This document shows, one piece after another, positions 20,609-29,426 of a stretch of 64,000 bases of DNA. The notes under the pieces were generated by a model. That model did not search any database, was not told where the DNA came from, and worked only from the letters and a program-made list of their open reading frames with translations. The translations under genes and the position numbers were made by a program. The stretch is taken from positions 1-64,000 of the IMG/VR virus record IMGVR_UViG_3300049460_000134, one strand, 5' to 3'. Source of the stretch: a virus. Each line of letters starts with the position of its first letter. The first letter of the stretch is position 1.

Positions 20609-21287
20609 TCCAATTGACGACGACATCGTAGCGTTCAAATACCTAGACAAGAAGCTCCAGGCTCTCGAGCCGGAGCTTTTTCGCTCCAAGTGGTTCGACT
20701 ATCGGATGATGACGCCGGTCCAGGCGACCAGGCTCTATATCGAGGCCTTCTCCGAGATCTATCGCTCCTATTTCGCGACCGAGATCAACAAGAAGGCAGC
20801 ACCCTTCATCAAGCTCGTCACCGCCGACAAGATCATGGCAGGGCTTGAGGCCGACGATCGCAAGGCGAAGTCGATGTTCTCCAGCTACTCCAGAGGCCGC
20901 CAGGTCGCAGACGCGATCGGCATGCCATACAAGCACTATATCCATATCACGATGGGCTACAGGCTCCGTTTCTGGCAGCAACGCGGCCTTCCGCAGCCGC
21001 ACCAGCTCTATGCGAGCGTGGATGTGGAGAAGACAATCGCACGCTGGGAAGAAATGCAGGCTGGCGAATTGTTTCTGTCTGAACATCCGGCATACATGCT
21101 CCAGAACTATCACGGCCTGGCTCACCAGGACGACTATCACGAGTGGCTCATCAAACAGGCCGGTATCCGGTCTAACCCTGCGCAAGCGTTCGCGCGCTTC
21201 ATTAATGATGATCTGCTGCCGCTCGACAAGGTGAGCGCTCGCCTCGACCCTGACATGGTCATGCGCGTTCACTCGTATCTCCGATAG
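20574..21287 (+). CDS. Hypothetical protein upstream of helicase
   Basis: 237-aa ORF (SKWFDYRMMTP...). Confidence 0.65.
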   Translation: MQAAQTSDARIDPIDDDIVAFKYLDKKLQALEPELFRSKWFDYRMMTPVQATRLYIEAFSEIYRSYFATEINKKAAPFIKLVTADKIMAGLEADDRKAKSMFSSYSRGRQVADAIGMPYKHYIHITMGYRLRFWQQRGLPQPHQLYASVDVEKTIARWEEMQAGELFLSEHPAYMLQNYHGLAHQDDYHEWLIKQAGIRSNPAQAFARFINDDLLPLDKVSARLDPDMVMRVHSYLR

Positions 21288-21353
21288 CAACCCAAATCAG
21301 TCGCGCATATTCTCTGAAACAAGAGATAGCGCGACTTGCTTTTGACTAAGCAT

Positions 21354-21374
21354 GTAAGTAAATACTGACTGACA
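21354..21374 (+). promoter_or_regulatory. Operator-like motif copy
   Basis: GTAAGT AAAT ACTGAC TGACA before dnaB. Confidence 0.75.
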
Positions 21375-21390
21375 CTGAAAGGTAGGCGCA

Positions 21391-22761
21391 ATGGCACTCG
21401 CAGCACAACAGACCGAAGAAGAATACGAGACACCGGTCGGCGGCGAAGAGGCGACTGCGCAATTCGAGTTCGACGAGGGCTTTCAGAAGAAGACCTTGGC
21501 GCTCTTCATGCGTGACAGCCGTTTTGCAAACACGACGAAGGATCTGATCGAGCCTTCCTATTTCACGAACGAAGCCAATGGCACGCTCGTTCGCATCATT
21601 CGTGACCATGTGCGCGTGCATCGAGCACCGCCGGATCTGCGAATCCTCACACAGCTTATCAAGGACGAGAAAGCCGCCAAGCGCATCCGCGACGATCAGA
21701 TCGAGGATATCAAGACAGCGATCAAGGATAGCGTAAAGGCCGATCTGTCGAACGCCACCTACGTCCAGGGAAAGGTCATCGACTTCGCCAAGCATCAGGC
21801 GATGGAGCAGGCGATCCTGAAGAGCGTCGAGCTCCTGCAGAAAGGCGACTTCAAGGGCATTGAGAAGCTGCAGAAGCAGGCGCTCGCGATAGGCTCGGTC
21901 GATGATGACGACGACTACGACTACTTCCGCGAGATCGACAGTCGCACGCAGCTCCGCGAGGACTTCAAGGCCGGCAAGATCGTAAAGCGCGGCATCACGA
22001 CCGGCTATGCCGAGATTGACGAGAACCTCTACCACTACGGTTGGGGTCGCAAGGAAATGTCGCTCATGATGGGCGCTGCGAAGGCCGGCAAGTCCCTATC
22101 GCTAGGGGAGTTCACCAAGAACGCCTCGCTGATCGGCTTCAACACCGCTTATCTGTCGTGCGAAGTCTCGAAGGAAATCATCGCCGACCGCCTTGATGCG
22201 AATATTGCTGACACCGCCATGCGTCTGCTCAAAGACGATCCGCAGGTCGTGCGCAATCGCATCAAGGCGGCTGAAGCAAAGGCCGGCGCTCTTAAGATCC
22301 GTGACTTCGCTTCAGGCACGCTGAAGCCGAACAGGGTCCGCCAGATCATCGAGCGCTACCGTGCCGATGGCATCGTGCTCGATCTCCTGACTGTCGACTA
22401 CGCGGACATCATGGCGGCTGAATACCGCTCGGACAACCAGATCGACAATATGCGCTCGATCTATATCGATCTCCGCGCGATCGCCCATGAATACGACCTG
22501 GCGATGCTGACGGCCACGCAGACCAACCGTGCTGGCGCTGCCGCTCACACGTCGAAGATGACCGACGTCGCCGAAGACTTCAACAAGATCCGAACCGCCG
22601 ACGTGGTCATTTCGATCAACGCGACCGAGGCTGAGAAGCAGTCCGGTGAAGCGCGTCTGCATTGGGTTGCATCCCGTAACACCGAAGACGGCTTCTCGCT
22701 GCGCATCCGCCAGGAGCGCGACAAGCTGAAGTTCCTTACGAAAGTTCTTGGCCGCGCATGA
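21391..22761 (+). CDS. dnaB: Replicative DNA helicase (DnaB-like)
   Basis: Walker A GAAKAGKS, VDYADIM, TATQTNR. Confidence 0.9.
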   Translation: MALAAQQTEEEYETPVGGEEATAQFEFDEGFQKKTLALFMRDSRFANTTKDLIEPSYFTNEANGTLVRIIRDHVRVHRAPPDLRILTQLIKDEKAAKRIRDDQIEDIKTAIKDSVKADLSNATYVQGKVIDFAKHQAMEQAILKSVELLQKGDFKGIEKLQKQALAIGSVDDDDDYDYFREIDSRTQLREDFKAGKIVKRGITTGYAEIDENLYHYGWGRKEMSLMMGAAKAGKSLSLGEFTKNASLIGFNTAYLSCEVSKEIIADRLDANIADTAMRLLKDDPQVVRNRIKAAEAKAGALKIRDFASGTLKPNRVRQIIERYRADGIVLDLLTVDYADIMAAEYRSDNQIDNMRSIYIDLRAIAHEYDLAMLTATQTNRAGAAAHTSKMTDVAEDFNKIRTADVVISINATEAEKQSGEARLHWVASRNTEDGFSLRIRQERDKLKFLTKVLGRA

Positions 22762-23852
22762 GCGACAATATCTTCCAGGAAATCACGGAAGAGCTCGATC
22801 TGGAGTTCTTCTTCGACCACCAGTCGCTCGCCTTCAAAATGGGGCGTGGCTCCTCTGGTATGCAGATCAACGCCAAGTATTGCCCCGCTTGTGGTGACAG
22901 CCGCTCGCGCGTCTATCTGAACGCCGAGTCCGGCCTGGGCAACTGCTTCAAGTGCAACCAATCCTACAACAAGCTGCGCTTTGCCCACATGACCTTCGGC
23001 CATGACGATCATCAGTGGGGTGAAACGATCAAGATGCTGAAGGAAGTCTTGAAAGACCAGGGCTGGCGGCCAAAGCGCATGGCAACCGCGGCGGTCGATC
23101 CCGGCCAGGTTAGGTTGCCGCTGTCGATTCCACTACCTACTGCCGAAGGTGAGAATCTCCAATACCTCGAAAACCGAGGGATTACAATCGAATACGCCAA
23201 ATACTTCCAGTTGAGATACTGCCAAATGGGCTTCTGGATGGTGACTGGCGACGACGGCAAGAAGTGGCCGCAGAAGTTCGACAACCGCTGCATCATCCCG
23301 GTCTACGACCTCGATGGCGAGCTGAAGACGTTCCAGGGGCGCGATCTCACTGGCGAGGCTGAGAGGAAGTATCTCTTCCCAATCGGTCTGCCAGGAACCG
23401 GTCGCTATCTCTACAACGGTCAGAACGTCCAGGCGACGGACGAAGTCGCGATGGGCGAAGGTGCATTCGACGTTGCGGCGATCAAGATCGCGTTCGACGA
23501 GGACGTGCAGCTCAGGCGCATCGTCGCGATCGGCTCATTCGGCAAGCATCTGTCCTATGGCTCGACTGACGGCAATGACCAGTTCGGCCGATTCCTGCAG
23601 TTGAAGCGGGGAGGGCTGAAGCGCGTCACGATCATGTGGGACGGCGAAGAGAAGGCGCTGCTCGCTGCACTCGACGCCGGCAAGAAGCTGACGTCCATCG
23701 GCCTCGAGGCGCGCATTGCACTCCTGCCACGCGGCAAGGATCCAAACGAAATTCCAGGTTCGGTCACGCGAGACTGCTACTACAAGGCAACGACCTGGAC
23801 ACCGGCGCTCGACGTAAGATGGCGCCTCAAAAACCCCTACGCGCGTCGCTAG
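22758..23852 (+). CDS. DNA primase (Zn ribbon + TOPRIM)
   Basis: CPAC...CFKC, FQGR, GEGAFD, MWDGE, KDPNE. Confidence 0.88.
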   Translation: MSDNIFQEITEELDLEFFFDHQSLAFKMGRGSSGMQINAKYCPACGDSRSRVYLNAESGLGNCFKCNQSYNKLRFAHMTFGHDDHQWGETIKMLKEVLKDQGWRPKRMATAAVDPGQVRLPLSIPLPTAEGENLQYLENRGITIEYAKYFQLRYCQMGFWMVTGDDGKKWPQKFDNRCIIPVYDLDGELKTFQGRDLTGEAERKYLFPIGLPGTGRYLYNGQNVQATDEVAMGEGAFDVAAIKIAFDEDVQLRRIVAIGSFGKHLSYGSTDGNDQFGRFLQLKRGGLKRVTIMWDGEEKALLAALDAGKKLTSIGLEARIALLPRGKDPNEIPGSVTRDCYYKATTWTPALDVRWRLKNPYARR

Positions 23853-23854
23853 TA

Positions 23855-23875
23855 ACCAATAAAAATTGACTTACA
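23855..23875 (+). promoter_or_regulatory. Operator-like motif copy overlapping -35
   Basis: ACCAAT AAAA ATTGAC TTACA. Confidence 0.6.
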
Positions 23876-23926
23876 ACCCGATGCGCGTAGCAGTATAAAG
23901 AAGCATCAGAATAACGAGAGAGATCA

Positions 23927-24487
23927 ATGCTTTACCCAATCGAAGTCGCTCGCGTGATGTTGGAGTATTCCGACGGACGCAAGTCGAACAAATTCTATGA
24001 ACTGTTCTTTGTCCAAACGTCCGACGGCCGTTCGGCCGTCATCCGGCGTTACGGCAAGATCGGTGCATTCGGCGACGTTGTCGAAAGTATCCACCAGAGC
24101 ATTCTCGCCGGCGAGAAGGAGTTCGAAAAGCTCCTGAAGCAGAAGACCGGCAAGGGCTATCAGTCGAAGAAGAACACGACTGAGATCGCCCAGGACGCAT
24201 CCGGTCTGCGAGCGCTCTTTGGACCGGCGCTGTGGCCGAAGCTGTCTGCGAAGATGGTTGCTCACCTCGATCCTTCCGTCAACACCAGCACGCGCGCTCC
24301 TGAAGCGCCACCGCCGCGCTTCGACGAGGACGGCAATTTCACACCGCCGCCGCCGAAGGTCCACTCGCCGGAAGAGATCGCAGCCGCACGCGCTCGCCAA
24401 CAGGAAGAGCGTGAGCGCCAGGCCGAGATCGAGCGAGCCGAAGCCGCCCAGGAATATCGCAAGATGCCAGGTTTCGGACGCTTCTAA
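23927..24487 (+). CDS. WGR-domain protein
   Basis: SNKFYEL...VIRRYGKIG...FEKLLKQKTGKGY. Confidence 0.7.
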   Translation: MLYPIEVARVMLEYSDGRKSNKFYELFFVQTSDGRSAVIRRYGKIGAFGDVVESIHQSILAGEKEFEKLLKQKTGKGYQSKKNTTEIAQDASGLRALFGPALWPKLSAKMVAHLDPSVNTSTRAPEAPPPRFDEDGNFTPPPPKVHSPEEIAAARARQQEERERQAEIERAEAAQEYRKMPGFGRF

Positions 24488-24540
24488 GTCACCAGCCAAC
24501 AGCTCACTTTGTCGAGCAGCTACGCGCCGAGCTTCAGCAC

Positions 24541-24762
24541 ATGCATCCCATAGATTGGGATAGCCGCAAGACGACGCTGCTTGAAGAGATCGGCTCACGA
24601 CCGGACCTCGAGGACATTCTCATGGAAGTCGGAGAGCAGGGCGATCGAACCGACGCGCGCATCCGCACAACCGTTCGTCGCGCTTTGCGGCGCCAGGCAT
24701 TCCAACAATCAATCCGCGATCGAGCCGAAAAGCTCAATCTGCCGAACTACGGGAGATTCTAA
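24541..24762 (+). CDS. Hypothetical protein ending NYGRF
   Basis: ORF with TAATG coupling to the next gene; start uncertain. Confidence 0.55.
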   Translation: MHPIDWDSRKTTLLEEIGSRPDLEDILMEVGEQGDRTDARIRTTVRRALRRQAFQQSIRDRAEKLNLPNYGRF

Positions 24763-25328
24763 TGGCCTTCTATCTGACCCTGTCAGCCAAGAACCAGTTT
24801 TCCTTTACCTGCCCGACCTTCAATGCCGAAACCAAGATGTCGGCATGCATGGCACTGCGCGAAGCAGTCTGGATGGGCAAGCACGTCGAGAAGCGGCGCG
24901 GCTGCCAGGCTGCAATGAACTGCGGCATGTGCCCAGCGGCTGCGATCGTCAGCCGCATCAACTATGCGCGCGAGCCAGTCAGCGACGATTACGGTTCGCT
25001 GGAGCCGAAGAAGGGCAAGCTGCACGCCAACATTCTGCAGCGCATCCTCAATGTCATTCCTCGCCAGAAGGAGCTCGAGCGGATCGGCGTGTCTGATGCC
25101 GAGCGCGATCTCCTCATGACCAGCAGGGCGCGCATCGAGGCGCAGCTCAAGTCTGCACCTGGTGACAAGGCTCAATTCATCGAACCGCGGCGGGTCAAAG
25201 ACACGCCGATCTCCACCAGACTTGCGGCTTCCGAGAAGCCGAAGACCACCTCAACCCAAAACGCAATCAACCATGCAGCAGCGACCGGCGACATTGCAGC
25301 CGCGATCACCGCGAAGATGGCAGCTTAA
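24762..25328 (+). CDS. Cys-rich hypothetical protein
   Basis: CP...C...GCQ..MNCGMCP; ends INHAAATGDIAAAITAKMAA. Confidence 0.65.
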   Translation: MAFYLTLSAKNQFSFTCPTFNAETKMSACMALREAVWMGKHVEKRRGCQAAMNCGMCPAAAIVSRINYAREPVSDDYGSLEPKKGKLHANILQRILNVIPRQKELERIGVSDAERDLLMTSRARIEAQLKSAPGDKAQFIEPRRVKDTPISTRLAASEKPKTTSTQNAINHAAATGDIAAAITAKMAA

Positions 25329-25337
25329 GGAGTAAGC

Positions 25338-26900
25338 ATGAATTCCGCACAGGCATTGGAGCTGATCGAAGCGATCGGCGCCGCATCCAGCCGAACCGAC
25401 AAGCAGGCGATCCTGACAGGTCTCCTGCAAACGGATCTCGGCAAGTTCATCTGCAAGTGGTCCTACGACCCCTTCATCACTTATGGGATCAAGGTGAAGA
25501 AGATGCCTGCCCAGGTGCCGCAGGACTACATCAACATCACCGATGGCGTCGTTCTGCGCGTTCTGAAGGGTCTGTCTACGCGCGAACTCACCGGCAACAA
25601 AGCAGCCGACGAGATCAACACGCTGTTCAAGGTTCTGAACGAGCCGAGCCGGCAGATCTTCTTCAAGATCCTCGCGCGCGACTGGAAGGTTGGGATCTCC
25701 AACTCGACGATTGCAGCCGTGCTGCCGAACTTCCTACCATCCTTCGGCGTCATGCGTGCGCATCCATATGAGGAAAAGCGCGTTCAGGAATTCCCGATGG
25801 TTGGCGAGCCGAAGCTTGATGGCTGGCGCTCATCATTTATCGCGTTTGCAGGGCAGGGCGCGTTCTTCACACGCTCCGGCTCGGCAATGGATGGCCTGGC
25901 TCACATGGCGCCGGCACTGATGAAGGCGCTCGAATATGTTCGCGACATGCCGATCGATCAGACGGCGGCGACAGAGCTCGGCACGACCGTCGAATATCTG
26001 AACCTGCTGCGACAGGTGGCATCGTTCGATGAGAACGGCCATGCCAACGTCATGATCGACTCCGAGTCCGTGACTGGTCTCTTTGCCACGACCAACGTCG
26101 TTCGTTCGAAGACGGAAGATGCAGAGGCCGAAATGCACGCCTTCGATATCGTGCCTTACGCCGAATTCGTCGATCCGAAGCCCTTCAAGATGCCCTACAT
26201 CAAGCGGCGCAAGGTGGTCGAGCTGTTCGTGAAGATCGCACAGCGCTTCGCCAACTTCATCTACTGGACGCCGCGGAAAGCACTGCACAGCCACGAAGAA
26301 GTCTATGCCTACTACGACGAGTGCCAGAACATGACGCTCGCCAGGTATCTCGCTCGCGGCGACGCAGAGCGCGAGGCTGAACTGCTGAAGGTGCTGGTCG
26401 ACAAGCAGACCGGTCTGCCGAAAGGCCTGGAAGGCGCAATGGTCAAGGATCCACGCGGCTTCTACGAAAAGAAGAAATCCTATTCCTGGATGAAGCTCAA
26501 GGCCGAGGAAACGATCGATCTCTTCATCACCGGCTTCTTCAACGGCGAGGAGGGCACGAAATACGAAAACATGATGGGCGGCGCGATCGTCGATCATGAT
26601 GGCGTTGAGGTGCGCGTCGGCGGTGGGTGGTCGGACGAAGAGCGCGAGCAGCTCTGGAAGGATTGGTGCCACGACGCTGATATTGTCGGTGTTGATCCCC
26701 TGGTCGGCTTCAAGAAAGGCTGGTCAACGAGCTTTGAGTCGATCCAGCGCCACGCACATCGTTTCAAGTTCCTCGGCCGGATGCTCGAAATCAAGTTCAA
26801 CGAAGTCACGCCTGACGGCTCGCTGCGCCATCCGCGCAAGATCCGTTTCCGCGATGACAAGGCCGGCGAAGCAATGCGCGAATGGAAGGCAGCAGCATGA
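25338..26900 (+). CDS. ATP-dependent DNA ligase
   Basis: EPKLDGWR, IDSE, FDI, EGAMVK, WMKLK, SLRHP...FRDDK. Confidence 0.93.
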   Translation: MNSAQALELIEAIGAASSRTDKQAILTGLLQTDLGKFICKWSYDPFITYGIKVKKMPAQVPQDYINITDGVVLRVLKGLSTRELTGNKAADEINTLFKVLNEPSRQIFFKILARDWKVGISNSTIAAVLPNFLPSFGVMRAHPYEEKRVQEFPMVGEPKLDGWRSSFIAFAGQGAFFTRSGSAMDGLAHMAPALMKALEYVRDMPIDQTAATELGTTVEYLNLLRQVASFDENGHANVMIDSESVTGLFATTNVVRSKTEDAEAEMHAFDIVPYAEFVDPKPFKMPYIKRRKVVELFVKIAQRFANFIYWTPRKALHSHEEVYAYYDECQNMTLARYLARGDAEREAELLKVLVDKQTGLPKGLEGAMVKDPRGFYEKKKSYSWMKLKAEETIDLFITGFFNGEEGTKYENMMGGAIVDHDGVEVRVGGGWSDEEREQLWKDWCHDADIVGVDPLVGFKKGWSTSFESIQRHAHRFKFLGRMLEIKFNEVTPDGSLRHPRKIRFRDDKAGEAMREWKAAA

Positions 26901-27487
26901 CCGTCTTTTTCACAGGATGCACTCACTTCGGTCACGCCAACATCATCAAGTTGGCGGATCGACCCTTCGAAACAGTCGAGCACATGAATGCGGAGCTCAT
27001 TCGGCGCTGGAACGAGAAGGTCCAGAATGGCGATACCGTCTATCATCTGGGCGACGTTGCCTGGGGCAGCCAGGTCGAGGATTTCTTCCTTGAGCTGAAT
27101 GGCAACATCATCTTCATCGCCGGCAATCATGACGATCCTAACGAGATGGAGAACCTCGAGCGGGACTATGCGGATCACGTCCAGGTTATGAATTACCACG
27201 AGCTGAAGATCGAGAAGCAGCGTCTGGTGCTCTTCCATTATCCGATCGACGACTGGAATGGTCGCTGGCGTGGCTCGATTCATCTGCACTGCCACACGCA
27301 TTCCAAGACGCTGCGCAATCCGCATCTGCCTTACGTGGCGTCTAGCGATCTCGAATTCGGCGAGAAGACGGAGCTCGGTCGCAACTACCCGATCGATATG
27401 ACGTGCAACCGCTTCTGTGTCGGCATGGATTCGACCGACTTTGCGCCGATCTCCTTCGATGAGATCATGCAGGAGGCACGCGCATGA
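26897..27487 (+). CDS. Calcineurin-like metallophosphoesterase
   Basis: THFGH, YHLGD, GNHD, HYP, HCHTH. Confidence 0.88.
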   Translation: MTVFFTGCTHFGHANIIKLADRPFETVEHMNAELIRRWNEKVQNGDTVYHLGDVAWGSQVEDFFLELNGNIIFIAGNHDDPNEMENLERDYADHVQVMNYHELKIEKQRLVLFHYPIDDWNGRWRGSIHLHCHTHSKTLRNPHLPYVASSDLEFGEKTELGRNYPIDMTCNRFCVGMDSTDFAPISFDEIMQEARA

Positions 27488-27825
27488 CAGAGGTCAAGGT
27501 CGCACGCGCGTCAACTCGCAACGTCGAAATCTTCATCGCTGGCGACATGAACGTCGCCAAGCAGATCTGCCGCGAGTTCTGCTTCTCGGTAGGCGCTTGC
27601 GTTACGATCGAGCCGACGGACTACATCTACCGTGGTGGCGAGGAGGCTGGCGTTCGCGTCGGCTTCATCAACTATCCTCGTTTCCCCAAAGAGGAAGAGA
27701 AAATCATGGAGCTCGCCAAGAAGCTCGGCAATGCCTTGATGGATGGCCTGTTTCAGCACTCCTTCTCGATCGTTGGACAGACAGAAACCATCTGGTATTC
27801 CCGTCGTCCGGAAAATCATCGTTAG
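27484..27825 (+). CDS. Hypothetical phage protein
   Basis: YIYRGGEEAG...INYPRFP; ATGA coupling. Confidence 0.7.
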   Translation: MTEVKVARASTRNVEIFIAGDMNVAKQICREFCFSVGACVTIEPTDYIYRGGEEAGVRVGFINYPRFPKEEEKIMELAKKLGNALMDGLFQHSFSIVGQTETIWYSRRPENHR

Positions 27826-27866
27826 CCGCAGTTAATTTCGAAAAGCCTCTGATTTCTCGCTATTAT

Positions 27867-27902
27867 CTAAGCAGCGACGAAGATCAGTTCCTGGTTTTTC
27901 AT
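27867..27902 (-). CDS. Candidate 11-aa mini-peptide MKNQELIFVAA
   Basis: AAGGAG 6 nt before ATG; ATG AAA AAC CAG GAA CTG ATC TTC GTC GCT GCT TAG; downstream of repC. Confidence 0.45.
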   Translation of the reverse strand: MKNQELIFVAA

Positions 27903-27960
27903 TGCGGTCTCCTTGTTACCTTGCCTCAGGCTCACACCTGGGGCTTTTTTTTTTTTTTTT
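27873..27960 (+). ncRNA. Candidate small antisense RNA
   Basis: -10-like CGCTATTAT at 27858-27866, about 90 nt with no ORF, ends in a terminator; complementary to the RBS and ATG of the mini-ORF. Confidence 0.4.
27923..27960 (+). terminator. Intrinsic terminator
   Basis: GCCTCAGG-ctcaca-CCTGGGGC stem followed by T16. Confidence 0.8.
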
Positions 27961-29068
27961 AGTGGTGTCGTCGCCGCTTCATCGCCAGGATCTCTTGCTC
28001 GAGGTCCATTTCACCGCACGCCACCTTCCGCGCGGTCGCTCGATAGAAGCCGCCAAAGTTCTTGATGGTCTGCCGGCCTCGCTGATCTGCCGTGTATTGC
28101 TGGAGCACCATGAAGAAGACCACCGCCGCGCGTTGTCGCCCTAATTCGTCGCAGGCTTCCTCCCAGGCGCTCCGGTGCGTCCCAAACACGCCGCGGAGCT
28201 CGGCCGCCGCTTTAACCAGGTCGCCAATGTCTGTCACGCGACCGCAATACTCGATCGCATCAGGGCAGGCGGCCATGATATCGCCCAGCCGGATCGGCTT
28301 GCTCCCCAATCCTTCCGTGCCTTTTGAACAAGGCTGCTCAAAGTTCTCGTTGTTGTTCTTATTGTGACGGCAATTATTGCCGGCATTGGCGGTATTAAAT
28401 AGTTCCTCTGCTTCTTTCGTGAGAGCGCGCCAATCGTTCAGAATGGGGCCAGGAGAGCGTTTCTTCGATCTGCGCGGCGTGTGCTCGGCCAAAGCCTGAT
28501 AACGCTGCTCAAGAGCGCCCGTGTCGATATCGGGGTGATGCTCATGCAAAGCCCTGATGACTTCCATCACTGAGCGCCGAGAGACCGTGACGGCGTCAAA
28601 CTCCTGGCTCCAAATGATCTCCTGCTCGCGCATCCGATCGGCGATGGCCTGGAACTCGTCCTGGCGATCGAGAAGAGGGGAAAGGTCGAAGCCGTAGGCG
28701 TCGATGATCTGCTGCGTGCGGAAGTCTCGCTCGGCATATCTTTTGCCATTCGGAGAGTTTTTCGAGAGCACCAGGCCGGCGCTGATAAGATTGCGCAAGG
28801 CGTTGCGGATCTGCCGCTCGGAATAACCGGTCGCCTGGCACAGCGCATCATTGGACGGCCAGACAAGGATTCTTCCCTTGAGTGGCTCTTTGAAGAAGCT
28901 AATCAACGTCCCGAGGACGGCTATACTTGCCCTATCCAGTTGAAGCGCGCGGTCGGCGAGCTTTTTGACTTGGTAGAGTTTGCGCTTGTCGGCGTCGAAA
29001 TGCTGATTAATCAGTAAGTGCTGACTCGCGGAGAGCTTGCGCCACCCGCTATTGTGTTGAGTCTCCAT
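27959..29068 (-). CDS. repC: Plasmid replication initiator RepC (repABC-type)
   Basis: VWPSN...L...GLV...SPNGKRYA...YGFDLSPLL signature; C-terminal IKNFGGFYR. Confidence 0.9.
   Translation of the reverse strand: METQHNSGWRKLSASQHLLINQHFDADKRKLYQVKKLADRALQLDRASIAVLGTLISFFKEPLKGRILVWPSNDALCQATGYSERQIRNALRNLISAGLVLSKNSPNGKRYAERDFRTQQIIDAYGFDLSPLLDRQDEFQAIADRMREQEIIWSQEFDAVTVSRRSVMEVIRALHEHHPDIDTGALEQRYQALAEHTPRRSKKRSPGPILNDWRALTKEAEELFNTANAGNNCRHNKNNNENFEQPCSKGTEGLGSKPIRLGDIMAACPDAIEYCGRVTDIGDLVKAAAELRGVFGTHRSAWEEACDELGRQRAAVVFFMVLQQYTADQRGRQTIKNFGGFYRATARKVACGEMDLEQEILAMKRRRHH
28335..28415. other. Putative replication origin (AT-rich patch inside repC)
   Basis: AT-rich tract in mid-repC; repABC origins lie within repC. 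Confidence 0.4.
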
Positions 29069-29121
29069 GACTCTATTTTCCCCATGTCAGGGCAAAACTT
29101 CGCCGTTCGCTCCGAAGAACG

Positions 29122-29231
29122 TTGACAGCGATTCGGTTTCATGGGAAAACACACTTGCTAAGGGTGTTGGGTTTCCCAATCCACGATTTCAGGGCTTCGG
29201 AAGTTACCAGCTTCCGGAGCCCTTTCGTTTA
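29122..29231 (+). ncRNA. Counter-transcribed RNA (ctRNA/incA-like) with promoter and terminator, antisense to the repC leader
   Basis: TTGACA at 29122 followed by GATTC as in repABC ctRNA promoters; 13-bp stem 29191-29223 plus T-rich tail. Confidence 0.75.
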
Positions 29232-29426
29232 TGCCGCGTTAAAATCCCTCATTTTCAAAGCCTCTTGCAGTGCAACGGAGATCGCCTCAGACTTCGTGCC
29301 GATCTTGTTCTCGGCCTGGAAGTCGCTCAGCTTGGCGTTCACGTCGGCCGGCAGCCATATGGTCGCCTGGACGAGACCAGCCTGTTTTCGACGGATACGA
29401 TGTTCAGCCATTCTAGCTGCACTCAT
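29229..29426 (-). CDS. Ribbon-helix-helix (CopG-like) DNA-binding protein upstream of repC
   Basis: 65 aa; QATIWLP beta ribbon...TKSEAISVALQEAL; AAGGAG RBS. Confidence 0.65.
   Translation of the reverse strand: MSAARMAEHRIRRKQAGLVQATIWLPADVNAKLSDFQAENKIGTKSEAISVALQEALKMRDFNAA

Noticed and set aside
27945-27960. T16 homopolymer as a phase-variation tract
   Set aside because: It is the tail of a terminator outside coding sequence except for the repC stop, and its length may be a sequencing artefact.
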